A stretch of 64,000 nt of DNA. It comes from Flaccisagitta enflata. Its lineage: Eukaryota. The translations under genes were made by a program, and so were the position numbers. Position 1 is the stretch's first letter; every line of letters starts with the position of its first letter. The DNA lies in the NCBI GenBank assembly GCA_965153355.1, contig OZ231126.1, positions 16,988,001-17,052,000 on the forward strand. Direction: 5' to 3'. Positions 9,606 to 38,403 of the stretch are shown here, one piece after another. Under the pieces are notes generated by a model, which saw only the letters and a list, made by a program, of their open reading frames with translations, made no database searches and had not been told where the DNA came from.

Positions 9606-11383
9606 AAACTGGAATCGAAACAAGACTCTTCTGTGACATGACGTGACAACGATAAACAAACAAACAAACAAACTGGAATCGAAACAAGACTCTTCTGTGA
9701 CATGACGTGACAACGATAAACAAACAAACAAACTGGAATCAAAACAGACTCTTCTGTGACATGACGTGACAACGATAAACAAACAAACAAACAAACTGGA
9801 ATCGAAACAAGACTCTTCTGTGACATGACTTGACAACGATAAACAAACAAACAAACAGGCCCTAATTCAGAGCGTGCCCGCGTGCCCAAGGCACTCTTTT
9901 TGATGCTTGGGCACACTGTTTTTGCCGATGGCGTGCCCGGCTGGCACTCTCTCATCACAGCAGGCTAACTGAATTTTATAAAGGTTGCCATTTTTCATTT
10001 GATCGCTTAAAAAATGATTAATTCATTTGATTACCTTTTTGATTTGTCTACCCATACATTCATTCAAAAATTCATTCATTTTATCTCTTATTCATTCATT
10101 CATTAGTTTTTTTTTCCATTCACTCATTCATTCAATTATGTTTTCTTTATTTTTTTGAAAATGGAATTGAATCGCCTTGATTCCATTTACAAGTTTGAAA
10201 TCATATAAATTGATCATAGATCCTGGAAATTTTGGTTAATTTATTCATTCATGAATTGATTTATCTGTTCATACCTTCACAAAGGAGAATTATAAATTTC
10301 TTAACAAAAAGAAATATCAATTTCTGACTTATTCTGTGTTTTGCATTCATTCTTTGCTGAATGAATGAGCATTTATTTGCCAGAATCGCTTTTATAATGA
10401 ATGTTTGTATTTTTGCATGATATAATCAAGTTTGAATACAAAAGTGAGATGGAAATCCGGGCACGCTCACTCTCTGTCGGGCACGCTGAAATTGTGAGGA
10501 GCGTGCCCGGCTTGCACGCTGAACATGATTACTAAATTAGGGCCTGCAAAGAAACAAACTGGAATCGAAACAAGACTCTTCTGTGGCATGACTTGACAAC
10601 GATAAACAAACAAACCAACAAACTGGAATCGAAACAGACTCTTCTGTGACATGACTTGACAACGATAAACAAACAAACAAACAAACTGGAATCAAAACAG
10701 ACTCTTCTGTGACATGACGTGACAACGATAAACAAACAAACAAACTGGAATCGAAACAAGACTCTTCTGTGACATGACGTGACAACGATAAACAAACAAA
10801 CAAACTGGATATGACGATGCAGGTTTGACCGTTGTAGTAGTGGCATGGTATGGTAGTGGCACCATATGGCCACACGCAGCAGAGCGACTCAATCGTAGGG
10901 AGAGCGGGGCATGATCTGGTCAATCTCTGATTGATCAGTCTTTTTCCTTCCATTGTCATTTTTTTTCCCATTGTATACCATATGTGTCTCTCTCTTTCCC
11001 ATGTTGATTTTTGTCCATTTCTCTCTGTATCTTTCTCATTGCCTGAAGAAGCATTTTAGAAATAAATGCGAAAAGTTTGCTTTCATTTCATTTTCTCCAT
11101 TTATTTTTCACCACGTTGTACGACGAGTTCAAAATCATTTACCAAACAAACTGGAATCGAAACAAGACTCTTCTGTGACATGACGTGACAATGATAAACA
11201 AACAAACAAACTGGAATCGAAACAAGACTCTTCTGTGACATGACGTGACAATGATAAATAATCAAACAAACTGGAATCGAAACAAGACTTGTCTGTGACA
11301 TGACGTGACAGCGATAAACAAACAAACAAACTGAAATCGCAACAAGACTCTTCTGTGACATGACGTGACAACGATAAACAAAC
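9606..11383. repeat. Three arrays of a ~55-62 bp minisatellite (9606-9855, 10555-10808, 11144-11383)
   Basis: Unit aaactggaatcgaaacaagactcttctgtgacatgacgtgacaacgat(aaac)n, about 4 copies per array. Confidence 0.9.
9856..10546. mobile_element. hAT-type MITE inserted in the minisatellite
   Basis: 12-bp TIRs CAGGCCCTAATT / AATTAGGGCCTG. 8-bp flanks CAAACAAA / CAAAGAAA fit a TSD with one mismatch. Subterminal GCGTGCCCG repeats. Confidence 0.75.
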
Positions 11384-12925
11384 AGTTGCGCCGCTATAAA
11401 ACGTTCCATGTACACTTCTTTAATTCCACAGAAAGGTCTCTTTTTAGGTGCGACAAAGCACCTCTATAACTGGCTGTGTCCGTCGGTCGGTCTGTCGGTC
11501 TGTCGGTTGGTCTGTAACGCATTCGTTCGACGATCCACACGTCGCACCTTATTGGCCTACTTGGCCTTGTTATGATATAGCTGGAGACATAGTTGACAAC
11601 TTCTGATTGGGTCATTTTTTGAAGCGGCACAAAATTCTTAAACTATTACAATGAAAGCAAAATTTTAAACTACCGTGGAATGAGACATGGATTATGCCCC
11701 ACCACCGTTCAGCGCGCTCATCTGGTACTCTTTCTTGTCATTGGCCCTTGTGGCAAAGAGGTGAAAATTAATGATTTTTTTACGTGCGACAAAGCACCTC
11801 TATAACTGGCTGTGTCGTCGGTTGGTTGGTCTGTTGGGAAACGCATTCGTTCGACGATCCACACGTCGCACCTTATTGGCCAACTTGGCCTTGTTCTATT
11901 GATGGGATTGTTTTTTTTTTTGAATAATTTCATGATAATGCTAATGTGATCTTACTCGTTTGTGACGATATTATAACCCCAGATCACTAGTTACTCGTTA
12001 CTGAAAGATGAGCACCTTTCATTCCTTCGTTATTTTAAATAAAAAAAAGCGAAACAGTAAAAAACACACCAAAAAATGAACATGCGTGACAAACCGACTG
12101 AGGGACGGTGAGACGGAGGGACGGACGGACAAAGTGACTTGTAGTTGTAGAGTCGCTTAACACGCAACTAAAAAATGAAACTGCTTCTCTGCAAATCTTG
12201 CCTTATTTAATTTTAAAGGTTTCATGACTGAAAGCTCTGCAAAAGATTTCCAAATTAGGCAATGGCACTGCCAATGCTGATTATCATAGTTTTTAAAATG
12301 GCAAGTATTTGTTTATTGGTTTATTTAATTGTTTGAAATTTCAATGCATCACAGATTTTGAGAAACGCTAAAAGATTTCTTTTTATGTTATACTGAAAAT
12401 AACAGCTTCGGATATATGATAAAGCCTTAGAAAAATAAATGCGAAGACAGTTTTTGAATGGGTTTGCCCTCTCTCCTTTGGCTCTGTTCTCTTCGCGCAC
12501 GTTCTTCCCAGTTTTATCCAAGAATGACCTATTTTCTCCTTGACATTTCTTTTTTTAACAAAGGATTTGGAATGTCGTGTTGGAGGAAAAATATGGAAAC
12601 AGAAAGAAACATGTATGCTTCAATATTGTTGCAGAGGGGGGCGGGGGAATCGTTATCCGCAACAACGCAAGGCCGGATACACGACCAGTAACTAGTCGCT
12701 TGCGGGTGGGCCACCCCATAATCTGAGGTGAGATTAAACCCCTGGGGTTGCTTGGGGTTGCTTGGGGTTGAACCCCGAGTAAACTCCAAGTAAACCCCAA
12801 GCAACCCTACCTCGGGGTTTGTGCGGGGTTGTTCAGGGTTTGCTCATGGTTGCTCAGGGTTTGCTCCAGGTTTCTTGGGCTTTGTTTGGGGTTGACAGAA
12901 ATCTTTGAATTATTTACTTAAAAGC

Positions 12926-12978
<53 letters not shown>

Positions 12979-12990
12979 AACAACAACAAC

Positions 12991-13075
<85 letters not shown>

Positions 13076-13807
13076 GAGGCAATCCTAAGCCAACCCCGAG
13101 AAACCCCAAGCAACCAGGAGGATATTCACGATAGGTACTTAAGTAAGTCTTAAGTAAGTCTCAAGTAAGAATTTTTTACTTGAGACTTACTTAGGACTTA
13201 CTCAAGTACTTCCAAGCAACCTTGGGGTTTAATCTCACTGTTTTATGTAACAGATTACCTGGTGATACATGGTGTGGGCATGTACAGTAATGCGGAAGGG
13301 CAGGTACAGTGATGCGGATAAGCAGGGGCAGTATGTTGGTTAGCAAGGGCTGTAATGTGCTTGGGCAAGGGCCATAATGCTTGGAAATCATTGTTTTAGC
13401 CAATCACGCATAATCCCAGATTTCGGACCTACCTACAAACTTACACGCCCGGTAATTTGGGTTGCTTGGGGTCGCTTGGGGTTGTTTGGGGCTGCTTGGA
13501 GTTGCTTGGGGTTGCATTGTTTGCAAAAATGATTACACTATTAACAATAACAAAAGTACTACAATACATAACAAACAAGAGCATCAACCTCAAGCAAACC
13601 CGAGCAATCCCGAACAAATCCCAAGCAACCCCAAAGAATCCCGAGCAACAGGAGCAACCTCGGGGTTTAATCTCACTGTTTTATGTTACAGATTACTTGG
13701 TGATACATATCTGTCTACGCTTAGTAAGCGACTAAAATCAGTAAGTGCTCGTCATTTGAGTCCGACGGTGACAAATGTTTATTGAAACTTCCCTCTCAGT
13801 GTCCACA

Positions 13808-13894
<87 letters not shown>

Positions 13895-14039
13895 TCTCTC
13901 TCTCTCATGTGTTTCTACTAAGCCAATAAACACGAAATCTAATTTTCCTGAGTCAATCCCCACTTTTTTCTATCCTATCCTTTCCAGCTTAGCTCATGCT
14001 TCTCAATTCGAATCAAACGACGCGGAAACTGAATGATCA

Positions 14040-14680
14040 CAAGTGGTGCCGTGGTGATGTCGTGGTGTCAATGGTGCTCTCTGCCGTGTTGATGCCAATG
14101 GTGGTCTCTGTCACAGAGACTCTGTCATGGTAATGTCATTGGTGCTCTCTGTCGTGGTGTTGTCAATAGCTCCCTCTGTCGTGGTGATGTAAATGATGCT
14201 CTCTGACGTTGTGTTGTCAATGGTGGTCCCTGACGTGGTGTTGTCAACGGTGGTCTCTATCGTGGTGTTTCCAATGGTGGTCTCTGTCTTGGTAATGTCA
14301 ATGGTGCTCTCTGTCGTGGTGATGTCAATGGTGCTCTCTGTCGTGGTGTTGTCAATAGTGCCCTCTGTCATGGTGATGTAAATGATGCTGTGTTGCCAAT
14401 GGTGCTCTCTGTTGCTGTGTTGTCAATGGTGCTCTCTGTCGTGGTGTTGTCAGTGGTGCTCTCTGTCGTGGTGATGTCAATAGTGCTCTCTGTCGTGGTG
14501 TTGTCAATGGTGCTCTCTGTCGTGGTGTTGTCAATGGTGCTCTCTACTGTGGTGTTGTCAATGGTTTTCTATGTCGTGGTGTTGTCAATGGTGCTCTCTG
14601 TCGTGGTGTTGTCAATGGCGCTCTCTGTTGTGGTGATGTCAATGGTGCCCTCTGTCGTGGTGTTATCAATGGTGCTCTCT
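14040..14680. repeat. 30-bp minisatellite (further degenerate copies at 15480-15625)
   Basis: Unit gtcaatggtgctctctgtcgtggtgttgt-like, about 20 copies. Confidence 0.9.
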
Positions 14681-14768
14681 GTAGCAGGCCCCTTGATTTT
14701 GGAGCAGCGAGCAGCGCCGCTTCTCGGCAGAGAAAGGGAGATGTCGGCAGGTCTCAAAGACGGAAAAA

Positions 14769-14800
<32 letters not shown>

Positions 14801-17800
14801 AGAAGAAAAAGAAGAAGAAGAAGAAGAAGAAGAAGAAAAAGAAGAAGAAGAAGAAGAAAGAAAAAGAAAGAAAAAGAAAAAGAAAAAGAAGGAGAAGATC
14901 GAAATGGTAAGGATGGTTATTGCAGTTAGCATTGATATCATTTGCATATAGTAGTTTTATGATTACTGCCCTTGTGTAACTTAACTGTGAGTTTGATTTT
15001 AAAATATGATAAGAACTTAATCCATTATGTTGTGAACTTAAAAAAGGAAAATCTTAATCGCATGTTAAACTAATCAACATCGTCATGTGTTTCATGTAGC
15101 CACCCACCAAAAAGGTGGATAGCGATGATACAAATGTTGAAAAAAACCCATTAAGTTCTGAGATACTGTAGTCCCCATCACTGATGCCATCAGTGCACCG
15201 CCGTGGAAGTGAGAGTCAGCGATGACTTGGCAGGTATTTGTGGGCTGTTGCCAGGTCCGTGCTAACTTACTGTGTCGCAGCAGTGTAATATGGATTGAAG
15301 ACTATAAAAAGGCAACCCCCTTTATCATTCACTGACCTCCACTCTCAAGTTAAGTCGGCAGCGTTCAGGGGTAAGTTTTTGCTTGTCGGCAGAAAAGAAC
15401 AATCAAGAGGCGGCAGCGTTCAGGGGGAAGTTTTTGCTTGTCGGCTGAAAAGAACAATCAAGAGGCCTGCTCTTTCGTAATGTTGTCAATGGTGCTCTCT
15501 GTCGTGGTGATGTCAATGATGCTCTCTGTCGTTGTGTTGTCAATGGTGCTCTCTAGCTCTGTCGTGGTGTTGTCAAGCCGTAAAGGATGATGTTAATGGC
15601 GGTGTTCACATTGGTGTTGTCAATGGCCAAAAGTCATTCCAAGGCATTGATCAAAGTACTGCCCCTGCCCCTAACCCTGCCCCAGTCCAAGACTGTTGCT
15701 CTAAGTTGGGCTTGATGTTGTGGATGAAATCTAGTGTAACACACTTTCTGAAGGTCTGAAAAGTAGTTAAGGTAATGGCGAATGGCAGATGGTGAATTGC
15801 GAGTGACAAAGGGCGAATGGTAAATGGTAATGTCAAGAGTGTAAGTCACAGTGCAAACAAATACAAAATTTGACAAGTCAAAACGATTTATACGATATTT
15901 TTTATTTCATACATACAAGGATTTTTTATTGAGATAAAGGATTTGTGGTTGGTAATCATCAATTTTTTGCATAGGAAAACGTTTTTCTGTACCATATGCT
16001 TAGGAAATGTGAGAAAAAAGGATGCGAAATTGATGGATTTTTAATAAAAATTGATTCTTGTGCATTGACATGTCTCGCGTGAAAAACCGAATCTGTCTCT
16101 GAATTCAAAATTTTGCATTTTGAAAAACATGGCATCAGTCTAAACGCTTTTAAGAAACAGGCCATGTGTTTAGAAATGCAAAATTTTGCATTCAGAGACA
16201 GATTCGGTTTTTCACGTGGCAACATCTCATGTTTTCCGTGCAATTCTTTTTAAAGAATTCTGTTGTTTCACTAAGTATGCTGCGACTTTACCAATGCGTG
16301 ATCAATACCATTGGTCAGTTAACCGTTTTTTAATTAATTTAGGGAGTATTAAGCATGCATAAGACTTAAGTTTTTGTTATATTTCCGCTGCATAGCAGCG
16401 TATTCCATCACAGAACAGAACGATTTGTCAAATTTGACGCTGTTCTGCACCACGACGTAATAACGAACGGTGAAAAACAAAATACAATTGCAAAACGGCG
16501 AATGGTGAATAGCGAATGGCAAAGGGGAAATAACAGCCCGGGGACATTGGCCCAGATAAGCGCAAATCCCTTATGTTCACTGGCTACGTGCACCATTTCA
16601 TGGTAGAAGACCTCCGTTTGAAAAACCCACTTTTCCATAATACAGGGAAAACCACGCTAAGAGGAACATAAAAAAACGTCAATTGATATGACTCATATTT
16701 CAGCTTCTTGAAATGCAATATCATTTCTGAAACAGAATTAGGATGCATATTTTAGATAATTTTTAGTCGCATGGACGCGACTCCACATGTATAACCCGCT
16801 ATGTCCATCGTTGGTGACACTTAGCTTTTTCGGCCTTTACTGGCGTTTTTTGCATTGCTGCTCCTGCCTTGTTTCTCATTGAAACCTCAAAGTTCTCTTG
16901 GTAAAAATATGAAATCATGTATCGCAATAAATCAGGCGTGCTTTTACTGATATGAATGCGCATTAAATGGACCTGACACTCTTTTGTTTTAATCAATCAA
17001 TCAAAAAGGCTAGAAAAAGTCTAGTTTTAAGTGTTGTCTTATTCCTTTGGATCAGTTTATGTCTATATTTAGTCAGAATTTGTGAGTAATTGGCATGATC
17101 ACATAGTATCTCATTTGATTGAAAGCATCATTCAACTACAGTAACTGCAATTACCCAGAAAGGCAGAATACTCTTTGATCCTATCCGACTTTGGTATGTC
17201 ATCTTATTTCAGAACAAGAATTTTTATTTGTCAAATTTCCTTTAATTCAAGAGCATCTCCAGCACCGTAGCTCAATCTGCAGAGAATCAGTAGAGGAATA
17301 CGTAAAACCCTCTGAAAACTTCCTGATAATAGAAAATATTAAGGTGTCTTTTGCTAGTATGTAGTTTTCTCTTTGACATATGATTGAGACCAAACTTATT
17401 GAATGGTGCTTATGAAATTTAGAAAAAAATAAGATTGTCTATTTCGACCTTTCTGGTGCTGTTTCTGATTCTTAGAGGCAGAACTATAATGCTTTTTTTT
17501 TGGTCCCTTTTGGGACGGTATGTCCCTCTTAATTCCCTTTAAAACAGGCTAAGGAGGAGGATGCCAAAATCTCTCTTGCGCATTTTCTACGGGATATAGC
17601 GGTCCAGGTTTAGCGCAAAGAACATGAAGGATCTGAGCCTATACCATCCTCTCAATATGCCCCAAACTGGTGAATATAAAATGAAAAAAAGCGATATGAA
17701 AATTGCAATTTATAAGATTTTGTTGCCAAATTTATGGTGAATAATAAATGGCGAATAAAGAATGGCGTTGTGAAAACGGTGAACGGTGAATGGCATGGCA

Positions 17801-17962
17801 AATGGCGACATGAAAACGGCGAATGGTGAGAGGCGAAAAACGAATAGGGAATGGCGGATAACGAATGGTGAAGGTGAAAGAAGATGGGCCACTAGCAAAA
17901 GAGAAAAAAATTGTGACGAATTGAGAAGCGGAAAAGAGATTTCGCAAAGGATTTTTAAAGCA

Positions 17963-18120
17963 AAGTGGCGGATATGGCACGGTGCGCTATTTTGATTGGC
18001 GGATGTGGCACGGTGCGCTATTTTGAGTGGCGGATATGGCACGGTGTGCTATTTTGAGTGGCGGATATGGCACGGTGCGCTATTATGAGTGGCGGATATG
18101 GCACGGTGCGCTTTTTTGAG
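17963..18120. repeat. ~31-bp tandem repeat, about 5 copies
   Basis: gtggcggatatggcacggtgcgctattttga repeated. Confidence 0.85.
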
Positions 18121-18189
18121 TTACCAACAGGTTAAAGATTTAGGTGCAACGTGGTTAGCACAAGAACAAAGCTGAATATGTTAATGACT

Positions 18190-18790
<601 letters not shown>

Positions 18791-19323
18791 AAACCAATAA
18801 CAATTCTCTTTCTGCATCCTTTTTTCAGTTTCTTTAAAATGTTTCCCATGAGGACTCTTCCGCGTCATTCATCCTAAAAGCGACTGTGTGCGTGTTTATT
18901 CAAGTTGATATGCCGGATGCCAAAAAAATCCTTTCTAGTGTTTGTTGTCTAGACAAAAAAAAAAAACAAGGCCGGATACACGGCAATCCAGTCGCGGACG
19001 GTTGGGCAGGGGCAGCAATGCGAAAACCGCTCGGAATTCAAAAATGTGACCGACCGACCGACCGACCTACCGACCGACACGGCACGTTTTAGAGTCGCGT
19101 GTCCGCGACTAAAAAAAGATATAGAAATAGTTTCTTTCGCTAAAAAGTTTACCGTAACTAAAATTTTCCTGATTCATCAAACAACACAAAACACTTGACG
19201 TTGAAAATCATTATCATTTAATGATAAAACAAATCTAGCAAAAAAAAAAGATTAGTATCTTTTTTATCAACCACCCGGTACACACTCCCTCCCCAGTTCT
19301 CTTTCTAAGGTTTCATGGCTTAC

Positions 19324-32924
<13,601 letters not shown>

Positions 32925-32973
32925 CTTTCGTTAACGTCTCAAGACTGTGTGAGGTAAGAACAAAAATGCGATG

Positions 32974-33185
<212 letters not shown>

Positions 33186-33660
33186 GGTAAGACACAGAGT
33201 GACAGAGACAGATATAGAGAGAGAGACAGAGAGACATAGAGGAGTGGAAGATATCTGATTTGGTCAGTTTTGGAAGCCTAGTGAGTATTTCAATGACTTG
33301 CGTGATTTTCTGGTCGGTAGAAGATAAGGCTTTAACACAAACAGAGCGTCTACAGTGACTCGTTCAAAAATGATTGATGGTGAAATGTTTTGTAATCAAA
33401 TTCTTGGCGAAAGTTTTCCCGCCTTAAACCTCATGAGTTTTAAAGTTCCGTGTGCCCGACTCTGGATCTTGGTGTGTTGGTGAGTTGGTCGGTCTGTCCG
33501 TCCATCCGAAATATCGTTCGAAAATTTCCGTTTTAGTCTTTCTTCAACGTCATTTGAGTATTTGATGTTTCAACTAGGTGATCATGTAAGGATGTCATAA
33601 TGTAAGTATAGAGTTATGTAATTTTGTGATTGTGAGATTATGTGTTTTGTAATTGTGTTA

Positions 33661-34252
33661 CTATCTAGGCGGAAAAAATCTTTCGGTACGTTTACATGCA
33701 TATCTCAGGTTATAATCAACCAAACATCAAAAAATCGGTGAGATAAATAAAGCCCTTCAAATTTGCAAGAGATTGACGCAAACCGCATCCCTCTAGCTCT
33801 ATGCATTAAAAAGCTATTCAACTTTAAACGAAATACTTGAGTTTCACTTTTGCCATTTCTTCGCAATCTTCTAATGATATCATTTCACTCTTTTTTTAAT
33901 TACTTCTAAACGCCTGGAGCTAGACAGATGCGATTTGCGTTGCCTGCTTGCAAATTTGAAGGGCTTCATTTATATCACCAATTTTTTGATGATTTAATGA
34001 TTCTTTTGAAAATTGCGAGTCTGAATGTAGTGAAAGAATAGACGATAAATGATTGCGAGAAAGATCTGGAAAGCCTTTACTCCTGAGTAACTCGAACTGC
34101 TCTACAAAATGCTTCCAAAACAAATGTCTGCTCTGATTCAGTCAAAGGGAGCTCACACTAATTAGTGATGGATTTGTAATTGATTTGTATTCATTTTTAA
34201 GCCAATGAATACGTTTTTGTTACAGGACGAAAGATTTTTTCCGCCTAGATAG
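33661..34252. mobile_element. TA-flanked MITE
   Basis: Perfect 25-bp TIRs CTATCTAGGCGGAAAAAATCTTTCG / CGAAAGATTTTTTCCGCCTAGATAG, with TA on both sides. Confidence 0.8.
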
Positions 34253-34720
34253 TAGATTCATAAATCCATACAACTATTCGCTCATCCATCCAATTATCCA
34301 TTCATGCCAGCGATCCATTCATTTATGGCACCCCTTTAGGTTGTGTATTATCTTAACTTAACTACGAATATGATAAATCTAGTGCATAAATCCAAATAAG
34401 TAAAACGATGTTAGAATACGAAAGAGCTTTAGATGAATGATGTTTCAATGCTGATGAACCTTATGAACGATGTGCGTTGACGAAGACCTTGCAATTACTC
34501 TCAGTCGCGGAATGATTACCTTTGCCTCACATTAACAACGACCGAGCATTCGTTTCAAGTTACTCATGTAAAAGTGTAAATGAGAGCCTTGAGCTTAACT
34601 ATAATGTAAAAGTAGAAATGAGGGCTTTGTAGCAAAACGGGTCTATGATGGTGAGGCTGTTTAAAAAACGATCCCAAATGAGTTCTTTCACTGAATGACA
34701 AATTAGTTTACAGTCAGGTT

Positions 34721-34821
<101 letters not shown>

Positions 34822-34825
34822 CACA

Positions 34826-34862
<37 letters not shown>

Positions 34863-36614
34863 TTTTGATTCTTTCTGTGTATGTGTGTCTGGGGAAGGGG
34901 AGGGTGGATGGGGGTTGGACACTCACTCACTCACTCACTCACTCACTCACACACTCACACACTCACTCACTCACTCACTCACTCACTCACTCACTCACTC
35001 ACTCACTCACTCACTCACTCACTCACTCACTCACTCACTCACTCACTCACTCACTCACTCACTCAATCACTCACTCACTCACTCACTCACTCACAAAGTC
35101 ACTCACACGCACGCACACTTGCCTGTGCTTAGGATTAATGAAAGAACTTCCATCCGAAACGATTTCAGAAATCGTTTAGCAGATGCAATGAGAAAAAAGG
35201 TTGTTACTGTAAATGTAATGGCGTTTAAGCTGTTCCACCTTTTTTTCCATCTACGGTTCTCTTGCAGTTTTAGTGTCGTTGTTGATGTCGTTGTCGTTGT
35301 TGTCTTTTTTAGTTATGGATTTCCCACGGCTAATGGTTCAACGTGCTCTAAAACGGCAAAACCGCAGTCGATTCAATCAAATTTTCTTCTTCTTTTTGGA
35401 ATTCCATTTTTGACTTTATTTGGACTTCTTTTCTTCTCTTCAAATAGGATTTTCTTTGAGCGTTATTCAATTTTTTTTTCTGAGAAAACGTTCACACTCA
35501 TTTTGCTTATTCTCTTCACGACACTCAGACTTTGCGACCCCGTAAGTGAATTTTAGAGGGAAAATCAAGCGAAAAAGTGACTTTACTTATCGTAGTTTCA
35601 TTGTTTCTTTGATGTAAAGAAAACACAAAATTGAGGAGCTTTAATTACTTTCAAGAAAGAATCCAGTTTTAACTATGTTGTTGTGAAAACTTAAAAGGAA
35701 ATTAAGATGGTAGGTAGTATATAGTTGGTGCTTGATGCATGGAATTTTACAATCAGTTTGCGTTTAACCTGAGAGTAAAAAAAAAAGAGGAAACAAGTTT
35801 TTGATAAGTATGATCATTAATCCTTATCATATATCAGGCCTTCCAATCTTCAGATTATGAAAATTGAAACTACATTGCCCTTACAAAAAGATGTTATATG
35901 TTAGTGCAAATACAGATCTGCTTTATTTTGTCACGGTAGGCATGTATCTAACTCCCCCGATCCTGTGGGGGAGGGTGATTTAAAGGTTTAGGAAAAGGGA
36001 CATGAAAATGGATGAAAAGGGAAGAGAGAGATAACAAGGTCAAACAAGGTCAAGAGAAGTCCAAAAGATGCATCCTCCAACAGATATACCAACGGACGGA
36101 GACACCCTCTCATAGAGATGCGAGGACGGGAACTTTGTCCAATATTGACGGGACATCATATCAAGAATGTGAACTATTTGTGGATATCCTAGCAGATATG
36201 CGGTTTATCTTCTAAGATGTTAATGCACATTTCTTCACAAAGAAGCGTAGCACAATACAATGGGGCAAATAGACAGAGACAGAGAAAAGGTCATGCAGAG
36301 AGAGAAACGAGGATGCACAGAGAAGCATTTTAATAGACACAACACAATCACAAACAGTTGCAAAACTTCGCATTTACGACTTTTTCCCTGTACAGTCAGG
36401 GCTGAGGAAGTCACAAGCTTGTCAGTAGGCGGTCAGATGAATTCATATTTTGTGTCTGATTATATATTTCTTTAAATCTTTGTTGTTATGTTTGTATCGA
36501 AATCAATAGGTTTTTTTTCCAATGTAAATCTCGCAGGAAATCAAACGTAGTGAAAGCGGAAAAAGAAAGATTCCTGGAAAGGCGCGTTTTTTTGTTTCAT
36601 CACGCGCGCCGAAC

Positions 36615-36713
<99 letters not shown>

Positions 36714-36741
36714 TTGCCGAGAAAAGGGAAATGGAGGAAAA

Positions 36742-36837
<96 letters not shown>

Positions 36838-37490
36838 GGAGAACATTGGACAACCAAACGGAACGAGGGATTTCAACCGTTCGTTCTGGCAGACAGACTC
36901 AGTGACACAGAAAAAGACTGAGAAAGAATACCAGACTCAAAATGATGATTAGGCCTTTTTACCGAAGCAGGAAAAACAAGGCCGGATACACGGCCACCAG
37001 TTGCGGACGGGTGGGCAGGGGCCGAAATGCGCGTTTTCACACTTTTCGACTCGTGGTCACGGACGGACCGACCGACCGACGGACGGACCGACGGACGGAC
37101 GGACAAAGGCTCTTATAGAGTTGCGTGTCCGCAACTAAAAACCAAGGCCTCGTAGGCCAAGTACGTGCGCGGTGTGCCTTGTGGATCGCCGAACGAATGC
37201 GTTACCGACCGACCAGCTGATCAACCGACCGACCCATCAGTCGATAATGAGATTGAGACTGCTGCAAGAGCTTTAAGCTAGTGCTACCTCGCGTGTGGTG
37301 TTCGAGTTGTGGATCATTTCATAATCTATAGGGATTTCATGCATTGGCTTTGAGGACTGAATTAGCATAAGAATATGAGCAATGGCAAATGTCGACTCTC
37401 ATCTCACAGTATTTATCCAAATGACCTTCAAGCTTCGTCCTTTATCGTTCGCTTGATTAACACAATTTCAAAACGACTTCAGAAAAGGAG

Positions 37491-37708
37491 TTTTTAGTCG
37501 CGTGCTACGCGACTCTACACCCCGCTTTGTCGGTCCGTCCGTCGGTCCGTCCGTCCGTTGGTCCGTCCGTCGGTCCGTCACACTTTACTTTTTCGGCTTT
37601 AATGGGGTTTTTGGCCTTACTGCTCCTGCCCAAATGCTCCACTGACCTCAGTTATGGCCCCTGCCCACCCGCACGCGACTGGGGTAGCCGTGGATCCGGC
37701 CTTGTTTT
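37491..37708 (+). mobile_element. Representative Helentron-associated (HINE/DINE-1-like) short element; dozens of related copies across the window
   Basis: T-run, hairpin agtcgcgtgctacgcgact, (GTCC/GTCG)n tract, cccctgcccacccg, terminal gccgtg(t/g)atccggccttgttt. Relatives at about 8470-8912, 18961-19115, 27174-27712, 36974-37140, 39158-39412, 44285-44502, 58843-59072, 61015-61338 and 62340-62552. Confidence 0.7.
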
Positions 37709-38403
37709 TTATCGAGAGCGAGTGATCAAAACTGAAAGTCTCCTGCGCTAAATTGTATGGTCGGTGTGGGACTTGGTTGATACCGAACCTCCACTGTGGA
37801 TATATTATCGAACGGCACACCTGCCTACAACCAGTGCGTCATACTATTACTAAATCGCAAGCACGCTTCGCATTGGAAAAACCTTAAGGTGTTTGACAAA
37901 TGGTGCAACCTGACCAATCGAAACAGTGGAGGGAAATAAATCGGATTTGTTATGCTGTGCAAAGGTTGAAAGAAATGCAGTCTCAGATTTTACATTTCTT
38001 GAGACAAAACCATAATTAGATGGATAATGAAACAAGTGACGCGGGGTCACGATATCGTTGCGTACAAGTGGGCAGGGGCATCCGACCCCATTCACACCCC
38101 AACCCCCATACTCAAACAAACACAAAAAGTATCTAGAATGCTTTTTTCCCACTTTTCAACTCGATGACCCTGACCAACAGACGGTCCAACAGGCGGACCG
38201 ACGGACGGAAAATGCCTCTCATACAGTTGCTTGTCCGCAACTAAAAAGAATCAGTCTTTAAACTTTCCAACGACTTAATTATATTATCAAATTATATTGT
38301 CAAATTAATCATATTATCAAATTTCATCGTAACTTTTCAGAGATATTAGGTGCATTTTTTAAAATCAAAACTTACACAAGGAAAACCTAAAAGCTAGGAA
38401 AAG

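Noticed and set aside
9606-11383. Regularly spaced conserved repeats resembling a CRISPR array
   Set aside because: The linkers are (AAAC)n rather than unique spacers, there are no cas genes, and the context is eukaryotic.
14111-14929. Mucin-like Thr-rich ORFs (TTTESTIDN) and Val-rich antisense ORFs
   Set aside because: They are translations of a 30-bp minisatellite, with frame breaks and no signal peptide or splice support.
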